63,448 bases of DNA, from sequence record SRR9188677_103. One strand, 5' to 3'. Under the pieces are notes generated by a model. That model did no database searches. It had not been told where the DNA came from and saw only the letters and a list, made by a program, of their open reading frames with translations. The translations under genes were made by a program, and so were the position numbers. Below are positions 46,915 through 56,826 of the stretch, one piece after another (the stretch's first letter is position 1; the number at the start of each line of letters is the position of its first letter).

Positions 46915-48912
46915 TTATTCCGACCAATTAACCACACCTGTATTATTTTCTTTTTTGTTATCCAGATTTTCGAAGACTGAATTATTACTCAGGTATTCAG
47001 GGATCATTTTCTTCATCATCCGCACAATTTCCATTTCACCTTTTACCGATTGTATCAGTCCGGCCAATTCGTTCATATCCCTGTTCACATCAGCAAAGTC
47101 ATATTCCCTTACTTTGGCAATCAGTATCTGGTTATGATAGGTCGGCATCGTATTCTCTTCTGTATTCAGGAGTTCTTCATGCAGTTTTTCCCCCGGTCGG
47201 AGGCCTATGTATTTAAGGTCAATATCCACCCCTGGGGTTAGTCCCGAAAGTCGGATCATTTTAGTGGCCAGGTCTTTGATTTTAACCATCTTACCCATAT
47301 TAAACACAAAGATTTCACCGCCTTTGCCCATGCTACCTGCTTCCAGCACCAGCTGGCAGGCTTCCGGTATGGTCATAAAATACCGGCTGATTTCCGGATG
47401 GGTGATCGTAACAGGCCCTCCGTTTTTGATCTGTGCTTCAAAACGTGGAATCACAGATCCGTTGGATCCGAGTACATTTCCGAAACGGGTTGTGATAAAC
47501 CTGGTAACAGCCCTTTGTCCTTGAAAGGCATCGGCAGATACCTCTTTCGGATTTTGTTCTGTAATACCCGATAATTGATGATGGTAAAGTGATTGAACAT
47601 ATACCTCTGCAATTCTTTTGGTGGCTCCCATTACATTGGTTGGGTTAACCGATTTATCAGAAGATATCATCACAAATTTCTGAACCCCGTATTTCAGCGA
47701 AAGATCGGCGATATGCCTGGTTCCAATAACATTGGTAGCAACGGCTTCGTAAGGATGCATCTCCATCATGGGAACATGCTTGTAAGCTGCCGCATGATAC
47801 ACATAATGAGGTTTGCATTCACTGAATATATATTCCATCCTCCGGTAGTTTTTTATATCACCGATAAAATAGAGAAAATTCGTATGCTTGAATTGTTCTG
47901 ACAGCGCTAGTTCAGATTCATACAGGGCAGATTCAGCAATATCCACCAAAATGATTACAGCAGGGGAAAACCTGGCCAGTTGGCGAACAATTTCATTACC
48001 GATAGACCCTGCGGCGCCGGTAACCAGTATCCGTTTGTTTGCAAGCTGGCTTTCAATAATTTCATTATTGATTCGGATAGGAGCCCTTTCCAGCAATTCT
48101 TCAATCTTCACTTTATGAATCTGTCTCGCAGAAAGCTCTCCATTGATCCAGGCTTTTACGGGGGGGGTAAGTAATACTTTAATACCCTTATCAAGACAAA
48201 CGTCCACTACTTCATTTTTCTTTTCAATAGAAAGATTTTCAGCTGCAATAATCAATTCATCTACACGGTCGGAAAGAATGATTTCGGGAAGATCAGACAA
48301 ATGATAGATCCGTACACCGGCAATTGATTTTCTTGATTTTCCGGCATCCTCATCTATAAAAGCAATGATCCGGTAAGCTATCTTGGTATCCTGCTCCAGT
48401 GTTCTTTTTACAGCGATACCTTCTTCGTTGGCACCGAATATGATAATGTTTTTGCTGTCTGCTGAAATGCTCTTAAAAAATAATTTGTTCTTGAAATAGG
48501 CAAAAAAATGCCTGATCCCGATCCTGTATCCAATCAATAATACAAAACCGATAAATCCATTGATCACCAGAATGGTAATGGATATGAAAGATTTCTGAAA
48601 GAAAGTGGAAGCCACCAGGTAAACAATGATAAACCCCGCATTAATTAATGCAACGGCCACAAATATTTTGAACGCATCCTGTATGGTTGTGAGACGGATG
48701 ATACCGGCATAGGTTTTCAGGATAACAAAAACCAATGTACTAAGAGCAACCAGGACCATCGCATTTTTAAAGAAAATGCCTTTGGCTATTTGGTTGTAAT
48801 TAAATTCATGTTTAATCAGGTAGGCTATCCACAAGGATAAGACCGATATAAAAATGTCGATAAAAAAGATAGCCCACTGCGGTAAAATATTAATTCGCCT
48901 GAACATAGTCAA
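46915..48912 (-). CDS. Membrane-bound UDP-GlcNAc 4,6-dehydratase (PglF/CapD/WbpM-like)
   Basis: Four N-terminal TMs; TGAAGSIG, AAYKHVP, MGATK, RFGNVLGS, GLRPGEK. Confidence 0.9.
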   Translation of the reverse strand: MTMFRRINILPQWAIFFIDIFISVLSLWIAYLIKHEFNYNQIAKGIFFKNAMVLVALSTLVFVILKTYAGIIRLTTIQDAFKIFVAVALINAGFIIVYLVASTFFQKSFISITILVINGFIGFVLLIGYRIGIRHFFAYFKNKLFFKSISADSKNIIIFGANEEGIAVKRTLEQDTKIAYRIIAFIDEDAGKSRKSIAGVRIYHLSDLPEIILSDRVDELIIAAENLSIEKKNEVVDVCLDKGIKVLLTPPVKAWINGELSARQIHKVKIEELLERAPIRINNEIIESQLANKRILVTGAAGSIGNEIVRQLARFSPAVIILVDIAESALYESELALSEQFKHTNFLYFIGDIKNYRRMEYIFSECKPHYVYHAAAYKHVPMMEMHPYEAVATNVIGTRHIADLSLKYGVQKFVMISSDKSVNPTNVMGATKRIAEVYVQSLYHHQLSGITEQNPKEVSADAFQGQRAVTRFITTRFGNVLGSNGSVIPRFEAQIKNGGPVTITHPEISRYFMTIPEACQLVLEAGSMGKGGEIFVFNMGKMVKIKDLATKMIRLSGLTPGVDIDLKYIGLRPGEKLHEELLNTEENTMPTYHNQILIAKVREYDFADVNRDMNELAGLIQSVKGEMEIVRMMKKMIPEYLSNNSVFENLDNKKENNTGVVNWSE

Positions 48913-48949
48913 GAGTATGATTGGTTTTATAAAACAGTTACCCGGGTTG

Positions 48950-50080
48950 CTAAACCGTTATTTCTTTTATTTTTTCAACCACCCGGTTCCTGTCCTGTTC
49001 TGAAAGATTGGAACCTGATGGTATGCATAAGCCATCTTTAAATAAGTCAGCAGCTACTGTTGTGCCAAAATAAGGCGCATTGGCAAATACGGGTTGCAGG
49101 TGCATCGGCTTCCAGAGCGGCCGGCATTCGATCTGGTTCTTTTCCAGATGAAGTCTGATATCTTCCCGCGTTACGCCGTTTGTTTGTGCGGGATCAACCA
49201 CTATACAGGTGAGCCAGCGGTTACTGAAACTGTTGGCATCTTCGGGTTGAAACGAGATCCCGGCAATATCCTGCAAAGCCTGTTGATAGAAACTGAAATT
49301 TGCGCGACGCTGTTTTACACGATCTGGCAATACCATCATCTGCCCCCGGCCAATTCCGGCAAGCACATTACTCATCCGGTAATTATATCCGATCTGGCTA
49401 TGCTGGTAATGAGGTGCCGCATCTCTTGCCTGTGTTGCCAGAAACCTTGCTTTTTTAATCCATTCTTCATTGTCTGAGATCAAGGCGCCGCCACTGGATG
49501 TGGTAATGATCTTATTGCCATTAAAACTGAGAATCCCCATATCACCAAAAGCACCACAGGGTTTACCATTACAGGTTGACCCCAACGCTTCTGCCGCATC
49601 CTCAATAACAGGAATCTCATACTGCGCAGCCAACTGCATGATCGCTTCTATTTTTGCCGGCATCCCATATAAGTGAACCGGAATAATGGCTTTTGGTTTT
49701 TTACCTTTTGCGATATAATACCTGATGGCTTCTTCGGTAAGCAGGGGATCCATGTTCCAGGTCTCTTTTTCCGAATCGATGAATACCGGTGTAGCACCCT
49801 GGTATACAATGGGATTGGCCGATGCCGAGAAGGTGAAACTCTGGCACAGTACAATATCGTCTTTCTCTACACCAAGTAGAATCAATGCAAGATGAATGGC
49901 TGCCGTGCCTGAACTTACCACCGCAGTATGTGAGATACCGGTGAATTGACAGAGATCGGCTTCAAATCCGTCTACATTAGCTCCCAATGGTGCCACCCAA
50001 TTGGTATCAAATGCTTCATTTACGAAGGTCTTCTCCTGCGTTCCCATATGGGGAGACGATAACCAGATTTTGTGTAGCAT
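48950..50080 (-). CDS. DegT/DnrJ sugar aminotransferase (PglE/EpsN-like)
   Basis: LSSPHM, SSGTAAIH, EDAAEALG, SFNGNKIITT, RPLWKPMH. Confidence 0.9.
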   Translation of the reverse strand: MLHKIWLSSPHMGTQEKTFVNEAFDTNWVAPLGANVDGFEADLCQFTGISHTAVVSSGTAAIHLALILLGVEKDDIVLCQSFTFSASANPIVYQGATPVFIDSEKETWNMDPLLTEEAIRYYIAKGKKPKAIIPVHLYGMPAKIEAIMQLAAQYEIPVIEDAAEALGSTCNGKPCGAFGDMGILSFNGNKIITTSSGGALISDNEEWIKKARFLATQARDAAPHYQHSQIGYNYRMSNVLAGIGRGQMMVLPDRVKQRRANFSFYQQALQDIAGISFQPEDANSFSNRWLTCIVVDPAQTNGVTREDIRLHLEKNQIECRPLWKPMHLQPVFANAPYFGTTVAADLFKDGLCIPSGSNLSEQDRNRVVEKIKEITV

Positions 50081-50087
50081 GAATAGT

Positions 50088-50693
50088 TTATTCCTTATTA
50101 TATTTTATGATCTCTCCCGGAACGCCCACTACCACCGCAAAATCAGGCACATCCCTGAGAATAACAGCTCCTGCACCAATCGTTACCCATTGTCCGATAC
50201 ACACACCCTGAATAATGCTGCTGCCAATCCCGATATGTGAACCTTCCCCAACTGTTACATTGCCGGCAAGGGAGGCCCCGGGTGATACATGCACAAAGTC
50301 GGCCAGCACACAATCATGATCTATTGATGCATTGGTATTGATGATGCAATGCCCGCCAATAACAGCACCTGAATTAATGGTGGCACCAGCCATTACAACT
50401 GAACCCGCTCCTATACTGCATCTGGAAGAAAGGTTCGCTTTGGGATGAATAGCCGTGCCAAAACCATTGGAAATGTCAGCTGACAGTTTTTTCCTGGCCC
50501 GGTTGTTTCCTACTGCAATTAATACAGCTGATGTTGCTGGTGGCGGATCAGCTGTAACCATGTATCCCAGCAATCCATGAATCGTACTGTCGCGGTCAGT
50601 GATGGAAACAATCGTTCCGCCCATCTCTTCAATGATCTCAATCACTACTTTGGCATGGCCACCGGCCCCGATAATTCCAAATTGTTGTTTCAT
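50088..50693 (-). CDS. Hexapeptide acetyltransferase (PglD/NeuD-like)
   Basis: GAGGHAKV, AVGNN, DHDC, hexapeptide repeats; start moved to ATG 50693. Confidence 0.88.
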   Translation of the reverse strand: MKQQFGIIGAGGHAKVVIEIIEEMGGTIVSITDRDSTIHGLLGYMVTADPPPATSAVLIAVGNNRARKKLSADISNGFGTAIHPKANLSSRCSIGAGSVVMAGATINSGAVIGGHCIINTNASIDHDCVLADFVHVSPGASLAGNVTVGEGSHIGIGSSIIQGVCIGQWVTIGAGAVILRDVPDFAVVVGVPGEIIKYNKE

Positions 50694-50697
50694 GGGT

Positions 50698-51309
50698 TTA
50701 GGTATTTGGCGTTCCGGTAAATTTTTCCATGGTAATTTCCTTCCCTGCATTTACCCCCTCCCCACCCGTCACTTTCTGAAAGGTTAACCAAATGATTTTC
50801 AGGTCTGTTTTAAAACTGACATGATCAACATACCAGCAATCATACGCAAATTTCAATTGCCAGCTGATCGCATTTCTTCCGTTTACCTGTGCCCAACCGG
50901 TAATTCCGGGTAACACTTCATGCCTTCTTGCCTCAAATGCGTTGTATAAAGGAAGATATTCCTCTAATAAAGGCCTTGGTCCTACCAGACTCATCTCACC
51001 TGCCATCACATTCAGTAATTGAGGAATCTCATCCAATGATGACCTTCGTAGCAAGCGCCCGAGAAAAGTGAACCTTTGGGCGTCTGGCAACAAAATACCG
51101 GCAGCATCTTTCTGATCATTCATAGTCCTGAACTTGATCAGTCTGAAAAGTTTTCCGTTTTTACCCGGTCTTGTCTGTAAAAAAAAAGGATTCGCTTTCT
51201 GTTCCAGTAATAGCAAAAAAGTAATCACCAGAAAAAAAGGAAACAACCCTGTGAACAGCAGTATCGAAACTGTCAGGTCAAAAAGCCTTTTATAGATCAG
51301 TTTGTACAT
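50698..51309 (-). CDS. Monotopic phosphoglycosyltransferase (PglC-like)
   Basis: KRLFD, KFRTM, SLDEIPQ, SLVGPRP, PGITGWAQVNGRN. Confidence 0.92.
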   Translation of the reverse strand: MYKLIYKRLFDLTVSILLFTGLFPFFLVITFLLLLEQKANPFFLQTRPGKNGKLFRLIKFRTMNDQKDAAGILLPDAQRFTFLGRLLRRSSLDEIPQLLNVMAGEMSLVGPRPLLEEYLPLYNAFEARRHEVLPGITGWAQVNGRNAISWQLKFAYDCWYVDHVSFKTDLKIIWLTFQKVTGGEGVNAGKEITMEKFTGTPNT

Positions 51310-51385
51310 AGTACCTGAAATGCTGGTATTTAATGAAACAATTTTGCCTCAACTTTCACTGTTCTTTTGATTATTTTCTTACAGT

Positions 51386-52357
51386 TTATTTAAACTGTCC
51401 GGAAATGATCAATACAAATAAAAGTATCCGATGAAAAAATTTTCGCCGGTAACGGGCCAACGCAAATCCTGTTTTGAACCGCAACAACCAGGAAGAATGG
51501 GTATAGCTGCGTAGGGTATTCATGAAAACAGGATGGCTATCCCCTTCATTATACAGTTCATCTATCAGCAGGATATGTTTCCGGTACCAGCCTGAGCGAA
51601 AGAGTTCCAGCAATTTAGATGCTCCGCGCATTCCGCTATTGGTACCATAGGCATTTTGTCCATGCTGCCGGTAAATGATGTAAGACCGGCTATCAATAAA
51701 CCAGGTAAACCTGCCTAACCTTGTAATAGCATAAGTTGACCAGTCGTGGGAAGCATCAGACGGTATCTGATCGTACATCTGCCTTACCCGCTTTTGAAAA
51801 TACAAGGCAGCGTTTTTGCCTAGCACCAAAGTACAACCCGCTGAGGCAGCTTCCAGGTAATGATCATACTGCGTTTGGTGGTTGGTTTTATTGTTCAGGA
51901 GATACTGCAGTATTCTTGAAAACACAGATCCCTGTTTGGCAACCTTCCCATCAGCATCTCCGGAGATCAGGTTAGAGGCGTAACAATCCGTACTGGTTTG
52001 ATGCATCATACGAATGGCTTCAGACAGTTTGTTTTTCATCCAGATATCATCTTGGTCGGCCCATGCCATATATTCCATCTGTGTAAGATCAGTATCTCGC
52101 AGGATGCTGTAAAAATTCTTCGTTACCCTTACTTGTGAGGGCATATTGTTAAGCAAAACAATATTGCTGTATTTTTCCCTGAATGTATTGATCAGGTTAA
52201 CAGTTTCATCAGAAGAGTGATCGTCTCTTATGTATAAATAAACATTTACCGATTCCTGGCCCAGGATCGATTCGATCTGCTCAGCCAGAAACCGCTCCCC
52301 ATTATAGGTAGCCATTAATACTGCTACATTTGGTAAAGTAAGATGGGGGTTACTCAT
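51386..52357 (-). CDS. GT2 glycosyltransferase (rhamnosyltransferase-like)
   Basis: MATYNGE, DDHSSD, DQDD, HDW, YRQH. Confidence 0.85.
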   Translation of the reverse strand: MSNPHLTLPNVAVLMATYNGERFLAEQIESILGQESVNVYLYIRDDHSSDETVNLINTFREKYSNIVLLNNMPSQVRVTKNFYSILRDTDLTQMEYMAWADQDDIWMKNKLSEAIRMMHQTSTDCYASNLISGDADGKVAKQGSVFSRILQYLLNNKTNHQTQYDHYLEAASAGCTLVLGKNAALYFQKRVRQMYDQIPSDASHDWSTYAITRLGRFTWFIDSRSYIIYRQHGQNAYGTNSGMRGASKLLELFRSGWYRKHILLIDELYNEGDSHPVFMNTLRSYTHSSWLLRFKTGFALARYRRKFFHRILLFVLIISGQFK

Positions 52358-52377
52358 TCAGGATCTATCCAATAAGG

Positions 52378-53166
52378 TTAAGCGGCGAAATTGAAAAAGT
52401 TTCGAAGGTGTTTCAGTAAAGAAAAAATAAGGAACAGTGGAATGAACAATTGTAAGCTGTGGCGCTGGCAGAAGTTGATATACATCCGCATCTCCCCTTT
52501 ACGCATTTCCCATTTACGGCTGCTTAACCCACCCGTGGTTAATGGAAGCCGCCGCAGGGAACAGAGCGGAAGATCCATATACCAAAGTCCGTATTGCTCT
52601 GCAGTTCTGAGAACAAAATCATGGTCTTCCGCATAGCTAAGTCCTTCATTAAAAAAAATACCATTTGTGGCAGAAACTGCCAGCGAAGGGGTTACCATCG
52701 GGTTCCGGAGCAAAGTGTTGAAAACAGTCAGGCGTTTCAGATCGGGTACTCCTGTGGGTATGGCCGGTTCAATTGGGGGTGCACCTTCTTTACTGATATT
52801 GAATGAATGCCCGATGGCTCGGATAGATGTGCTGTGCTGAATACAATTCAATACCATTTCCACCTTTCGTTGATGGAATATATCATCGGCATCCAGAAAC
52901 AGGATCCAGGAAGACCGGGCAGAGCGCATGCCCAGGTTTCTGGCAGAAGAAGGTCCATTATTATTTTCGATTCGCAGATACCTGATCAGTTCCGACCTGA
53001 AAGCAGCTACAACCGATGCTGTTTGATCCGTACTTCCATCATCTACCACAATGATCTCATCTGGTAATATTGTTTGATGCAGGCAGCTCGTAATGGCTTC
53101 CGCAATGGTAGCCTGTCCGTTATAAACGGGAATCACCACTGCAAAAGAAAATCTGTCTGCCATCAT
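52378..53166 (-). CDS. GT2 glycosyltransferase
   Basis: VIPVYN, VDDGSTD, ARN, FLDADD, ED; start moved to ATG 53166. Confidence 0.85.
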   Translation of the reverse strand: MMADRFSFAVVIPVYNGQATIAEAITSCLHQTILPDEIIVVDDGSTDQTASVVAAFRSELIRYLRIENNNGPSSARNLGMRSARSSWILFLDADDIFHQRKVEMVLNCIQHSTSIRAIGHSFNISKEGAPPIEPAIPTGVPDLKRLTVFNTLLRNPMVTPSLAVSATNGIFFNEGLSYAEDHDFVLRTAEQYGLWYMDLPLCSLRRLPLTTGGLSSRKWEMRKGEMRMYINFCQRHSLQLFIPLFLIFSLLKHLRNFFNFAA

Positions 53167-53198
53167 GGGAATGCTTGTCACCAGAATCTGTATGCTGT

Positions 53199-54065
53199 TC
53201 AGGCGCCTGTTTGATGAAATAAAGAATATATCCTGCTCCTTGTTATGCAAAAAGTTTCATACAGAAATAAACGCCATGCGGGACCATGAATGAGTTGCAG
53301 ATAATATCTCCGTATGGCAATCGTTTTTGTAACAGTTTCAATACTATAATCCGGTGGTGTTTCCACCGTAAAGATTTTGGTTTTTGATACCACCCAGGAT
53401 TTTAGTTTTGCCTGCGACCTGTGATAAGAAAGAAAAATGTCTTCACAATAAGCTTTCCCTTCAAAAGGGAAATAGTCATCTAGCACAAGATCATCCCTGA
53501 AGGAAAGTGCACATGCACCGGGTAACCACTCTACCGGCACCAGATCTGCTGCACAATTCGCATCATCTACCCCATAATTAATACCAATAGCAGTAACCTT
53601 GCCCATTTTCTGTATTCCCAATGGGGCTGCACAGAAAAGCCAATCGAACAGATTCTTGGGTATGGCTGCCATACCTGTTTTCATTCGGTGAATGCATTGT
53701 TTGGTTTGCATCCCGTAATAAACAGGACCAATCACATGGCCTTTGCCCAAATGGAGTAAGTGATGAACCAGTTTTTCAATGCCGTCATTTTCAAACAAAA
53801 CATCGTCATCCAGCTGCATCACCAATTCGCCTGAAGCGGTTTTAAAACCGATGGCCCGCTGTTTAACCTGGCCCTTTACATGGGTAGGAACAATGGTAAG
53901 AATATCATCCGCCAGATGACTCACTCTTTCCACAAAAACTTCCGGGATACATATCAGAATCTCATCAGGTACAAGGGTACTGCGCATCAGGGAATTGACT
54001 GTAGCCCGAAGACTATCTCCTCCCAATGTGGCAATAACCACTGATAAACGAAATCCTTTATTCAA
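53199..54065 (-). CDS. GT2 glycosyltransferase
   Basis: SVVIAT, QLDDD, WLPGA, YCED. Confidence 0.75.
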   Translation of the reverse strand: MNKGFRLSVVIATLGGDSLRATVNSLMRSTLVPDEILICIPEVFVERVSHLADDILTIVPTHVKGQVKQRAIGFKTASGELVMQLDDDVLFENDGIEKLVHHLLHLGKGHVIGPVYYGMQTKQCIHRMKTGMAAIPKNLFDWLFCAAPLGIQKMGKVTAIGINYGVDDANCAADLVPVEWLPGACALSFRDDLVLDDYFPFEGKAYCEDIFLSYHRSQAKLKSWVVSKTKIFTVETPPDYSIETVTKTIAIRRYYLQLIHGPAWRLFLYETFCITRSRIYSLFHQTGA

Positions 54066-54143
54066 ATCAGTTAATTAAATCGTTGTAAACAGCCTTAGAG
54101 ATGACAACAGCAGACCTGCAAAACAGTGATAGATGTTCAGGCA

Positions 54144-55895
54144 TTATACCAGTTCTTCTAATTTTCCTTTACCGATGATACGGCCGTTCTGCATTTTATA
54201 AACGATATCACAGAAATGAAGGGTGGTGTAGCGGTGAGCCACGAGAATAATCGTGAGTTTACCTTTCAATTTAGCTACTGAGTCCATGATATACTGTTCT
54301 GTTTCATTATCAAGGGCACTTGTTCCTTCATCCAGGATCAGGATAGAGGGATTATTATACAATGCCCGGGCAATCCCGATCCGTTGTCTTTGGCCACCAG
54401 AAAGTTTTACGCCTCTTTCACCAATTAGGGCATCTATCCCTTCGGGCAAATTAGCAACTACCTCATCAAGTTGTGCTGCATTGATTACATCATGAAGTTT
54501 TGCGAGATCGATATCGGCATCGTCAAGACCAAACGCGATATTTCTTTTCAGGGAATCATCGATTAAAAAAATATTTTGGGGCACATATCCGATTTGTTTC
54601 CTGAAATCAACCATACGCGAAGTAATATCAATATCATCTACTACAACCTTTCCTGATCCGGGTTTTAACAGACCCGTAAGTATATTCACCAGTGTTGTTT
54701 TACCGGAACCACTTTGTCCAATGATACCCACCACCGATCCGGCCATGATCTCAAGATTGATCTCATCGAGCGATTGGTGACTGGAAGAAGGATAGCTATA
54801 GGATAGCTGATAAAAACCAATAAAGCGGTTCATTCTGACAGGGGTATCTGACGGCAACATTTCCGTCTCATTTTCTCTTTGGCAAATCATCAGTTCCTCA
54901 TACAGCATGTCAACACTTGGTCTTGAAACACGCATAGCCTGCAAGCTGGAAATGATTCTGTTGGCGGAAGGCAACATCCGCAAGGCAGCAAAGAGAAACA
55001 GACTTAGCGAAGGTAAAATATCACTGATCATCCTCCCCTGTGCAATAACGGCACCGGCCAGCAGCATCACACTAATCATCAATACAAGTTCCAGATAATA
55101 ACGTTGTACCTGCTGCATGAACTGCGATTTCCGTTGCGCACCAAATGAAAGTTTTGTGTCTGCATCGAATTTGTTAATGAAATAGTTTTCCTTTTGGAAA
55201 AGTTTTAATTCTGACAGACCATGCAATCCCTGCAGCACGTTTTTGGATCTGATACCATCATAATTCAGTCTTTGCTTACCCCAACTGACCAGTTTTTTTT
55301 TGGAAATAAAAAACAACAGGTAACTGATACTACCCACAAACAGAAACACCACCGATGCGCCAAAAGGTTCTATCAGAAAAAGGGTTACAGTAATGCCGAA
55401 CAGTACAGAGATTTCTGTTTGCAGGTACATGATGGCCTGAACATATCCTGTGATGGAACCAACTTCAGACAAAATATTGCGCATTAACAGGGCTGAATTT
55501 TTATCCAGAAAAAAAACATAGGGTTGGAATAGATAACCCCTGTATAACCTGGTTGAAATATTGCGGGAAAGTCCAAGCGTAAATTCTGTTTGTCGCCAGG
55601 TCAGGTAAGACAGAAAAAGGGTTTTGATACAATAAAAAAAGGTAAATATCCCTAACACAATAAAGACCAGTTGTTGGTTGGAAACATTTCCCACAAAGCC
55701 TTTGATAAAATGCACAAATACGTGTTGATCAGCCGCTTTCACGTCTGTAATAATGGTAACCAAAGGAATCAGCAGACCCAACCCGATGGACTCAAATAAA
55801 ACACCGATCAACAGAAGTACCTGCAGTAGCAAGGCCTTCCTTCTGGAATTTTTTTCAAGAATAGAAAGTAGTTTTTTAATTGTTCCTGTATTCAT
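54144..55895 (-). CDS. Fused ABC exporter (PglK/MsbA-like glycolipid flippase)
   Basis: N-terminal TM domain plus GQSGSGKT, LSGGQRQR, LDEGTSALD, AHR. Confidence 0.8.
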   Translation of the reverse strand: MNTGTIKKLLSILEKNSRRKALLLQVLLLIGVLFESIGLGLLIPLVTIITDVKAADQHVFVHFIKGFVGNVSNQQLVFIVLGIFTFFYCIKTLFLSYLTWRQTEFTLGLSRNISTRLYRGYLFQPYVFFLDKNSALLMRNILSEVGSITGYVQAIMYLQTEISVLFGITVTLFLIEPFGASVVFLFVGSISYLLFFISKKKLVSWGKQRLNYDGIRSKNVLQGLHGLSELKLFQKENYFINKFDADTKLSFGAQRKSQFMQQVQRYYLELVLMISVMLLAGAVIAQGRMISDILPSLSLFLFAALRMLPSANRIISSLQAMRVSRPSVDMLYEELMICQRENETEMLPSDTPVRMNRFIGFYQLSYSYPSSSHQSLDEINLEIMAGSVVGIIGQSGSGKTTLVNILTGLLKPGSGKVVVDDIDITSRMVDFRKQIGYVPQNIFLIDDSLKRNIAFGLDDADIDLAKLHDVINAAQLDEVVANLPEGIDALIGERGVKLSGGQRQRIGIARALYNNPSILILDEGTSALDNETEQYIMDSVAKLKGKLTIILVAHRYTTLHFCDIVYKMQNGRIIGKGKLEELV

Positions 55896-56023
55896 TCAGT
55901 GCAGTTAAAGATCCATTGTAAAAAGCAGGTCTGGATCCGGATTTGGTATCAACAATTTACAACCGGATTTGAAAAGTGCACGGCTACGCCAACCTTACTC
56001 ACATAGTGCACATAACACTACCT

Positions 56024-56031
56024 CAAATTTA
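56024..56031 (-). promoter_or_regulatory. Candidate -7 promoter element upstream of the pgl-like cluster
   Basis: Minus strand TAAATTTG ~130 nt upstream of ATG 55895; no clear -33 element. Confidence 0.4.
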
Positions 56032-56222
56032 ACTCAAAATAATGAACGGGGGCTATTTATATGCACTGTCTTCCCTCCTGTACTCTGGCATGTACAGACG
56101 CTCTTTTTACACAATAGTAAACTTGCTTTTGCTTCCCTGGCAAACAGGATGGTTTTGTATGCGGCCAGAAGCGTGCGCATATATCTTATTGATTATTGAG
56201 TCTGCAAAGCAGGTCCGGGGAT

Positions 56223-56699
56223 TTACTTCTGAATCAGGCAGCTTGCATGCGCCACCAACCCCTCCTTCCTTCCCACAAAACCCATTTTTTCGGTGGTAGT
56301 GGCTTTGATGGATATATCGTTAGGGGAAATATGCAGAATCCGGGCAATGGTTTCCTGCATGGTAGATACATAGGGCTTGATTTTGGGGGCTTCCAGGCAA
56401 AGGGTTGAGTCGATGTTTACGATAGTATACCCTTCCTTCGTAACCAAATCATAGGTTTTGGCCAACAGGATTTTACTGTCAATATCCTTAAACTCCTGCG
56501 AAGTATCCGGGAAATGAACACCAATATCGCCTAAACAGGCCGCTCCCAGCAACGCATCACAGATGGCGTGCAGCAGTACATCGGCATCACTATGTCCCAA
56601 TGCCCCTTTATCATGTGGGATCAGAACGCCACCAATAAACAAATCCCTGCCGCTGACCAGCTGGTGAAAATCTATCCCATAACCTATTCTGAAACCCAT
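56223..56699 (-). CDS. ispF: 2-C-methyl-D-erythritol 2,4-cyclodiphosphate synthase
   Basis: [30 protein letters not shown]; start moved to ATG 56699. Confidence 0.96.
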   Translation of the reverse strand: MGFRIGYGIDFHQLVSGRDLFIGGVLIPHDKGALGHSDADVLLHAICDALLGAACLGDIGVHFPDTSQEFKDIDSKILLAKTYDLVTKEGYTIVNIDSTLCLEAPKIKPYVSTMQETIARILHISPNDISIKATTTEKMGFVGRKEGLVAHASCLIQK

Positions 56700-56826
56700 A
56701 TTAGTTTGATTAACGTAGAAACGATTCGTGTAAAGTATGATATCCCATATAACCTGCTTCAATAGCGCTTTTGCTTAAAAAAACTGCCCGTAAAGGCGCC
56801 AGGACGCGGATTTGTTTTATCGGTTA

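Noticed and set aside
55896-56222. Short repeats (AAAGCAGGTC x2, CCGGATTTG x2) and small ORFs in the ispF-ABC gap
   Set aside because: Too short to separate from chance; no transposase or terminal inverted repeats
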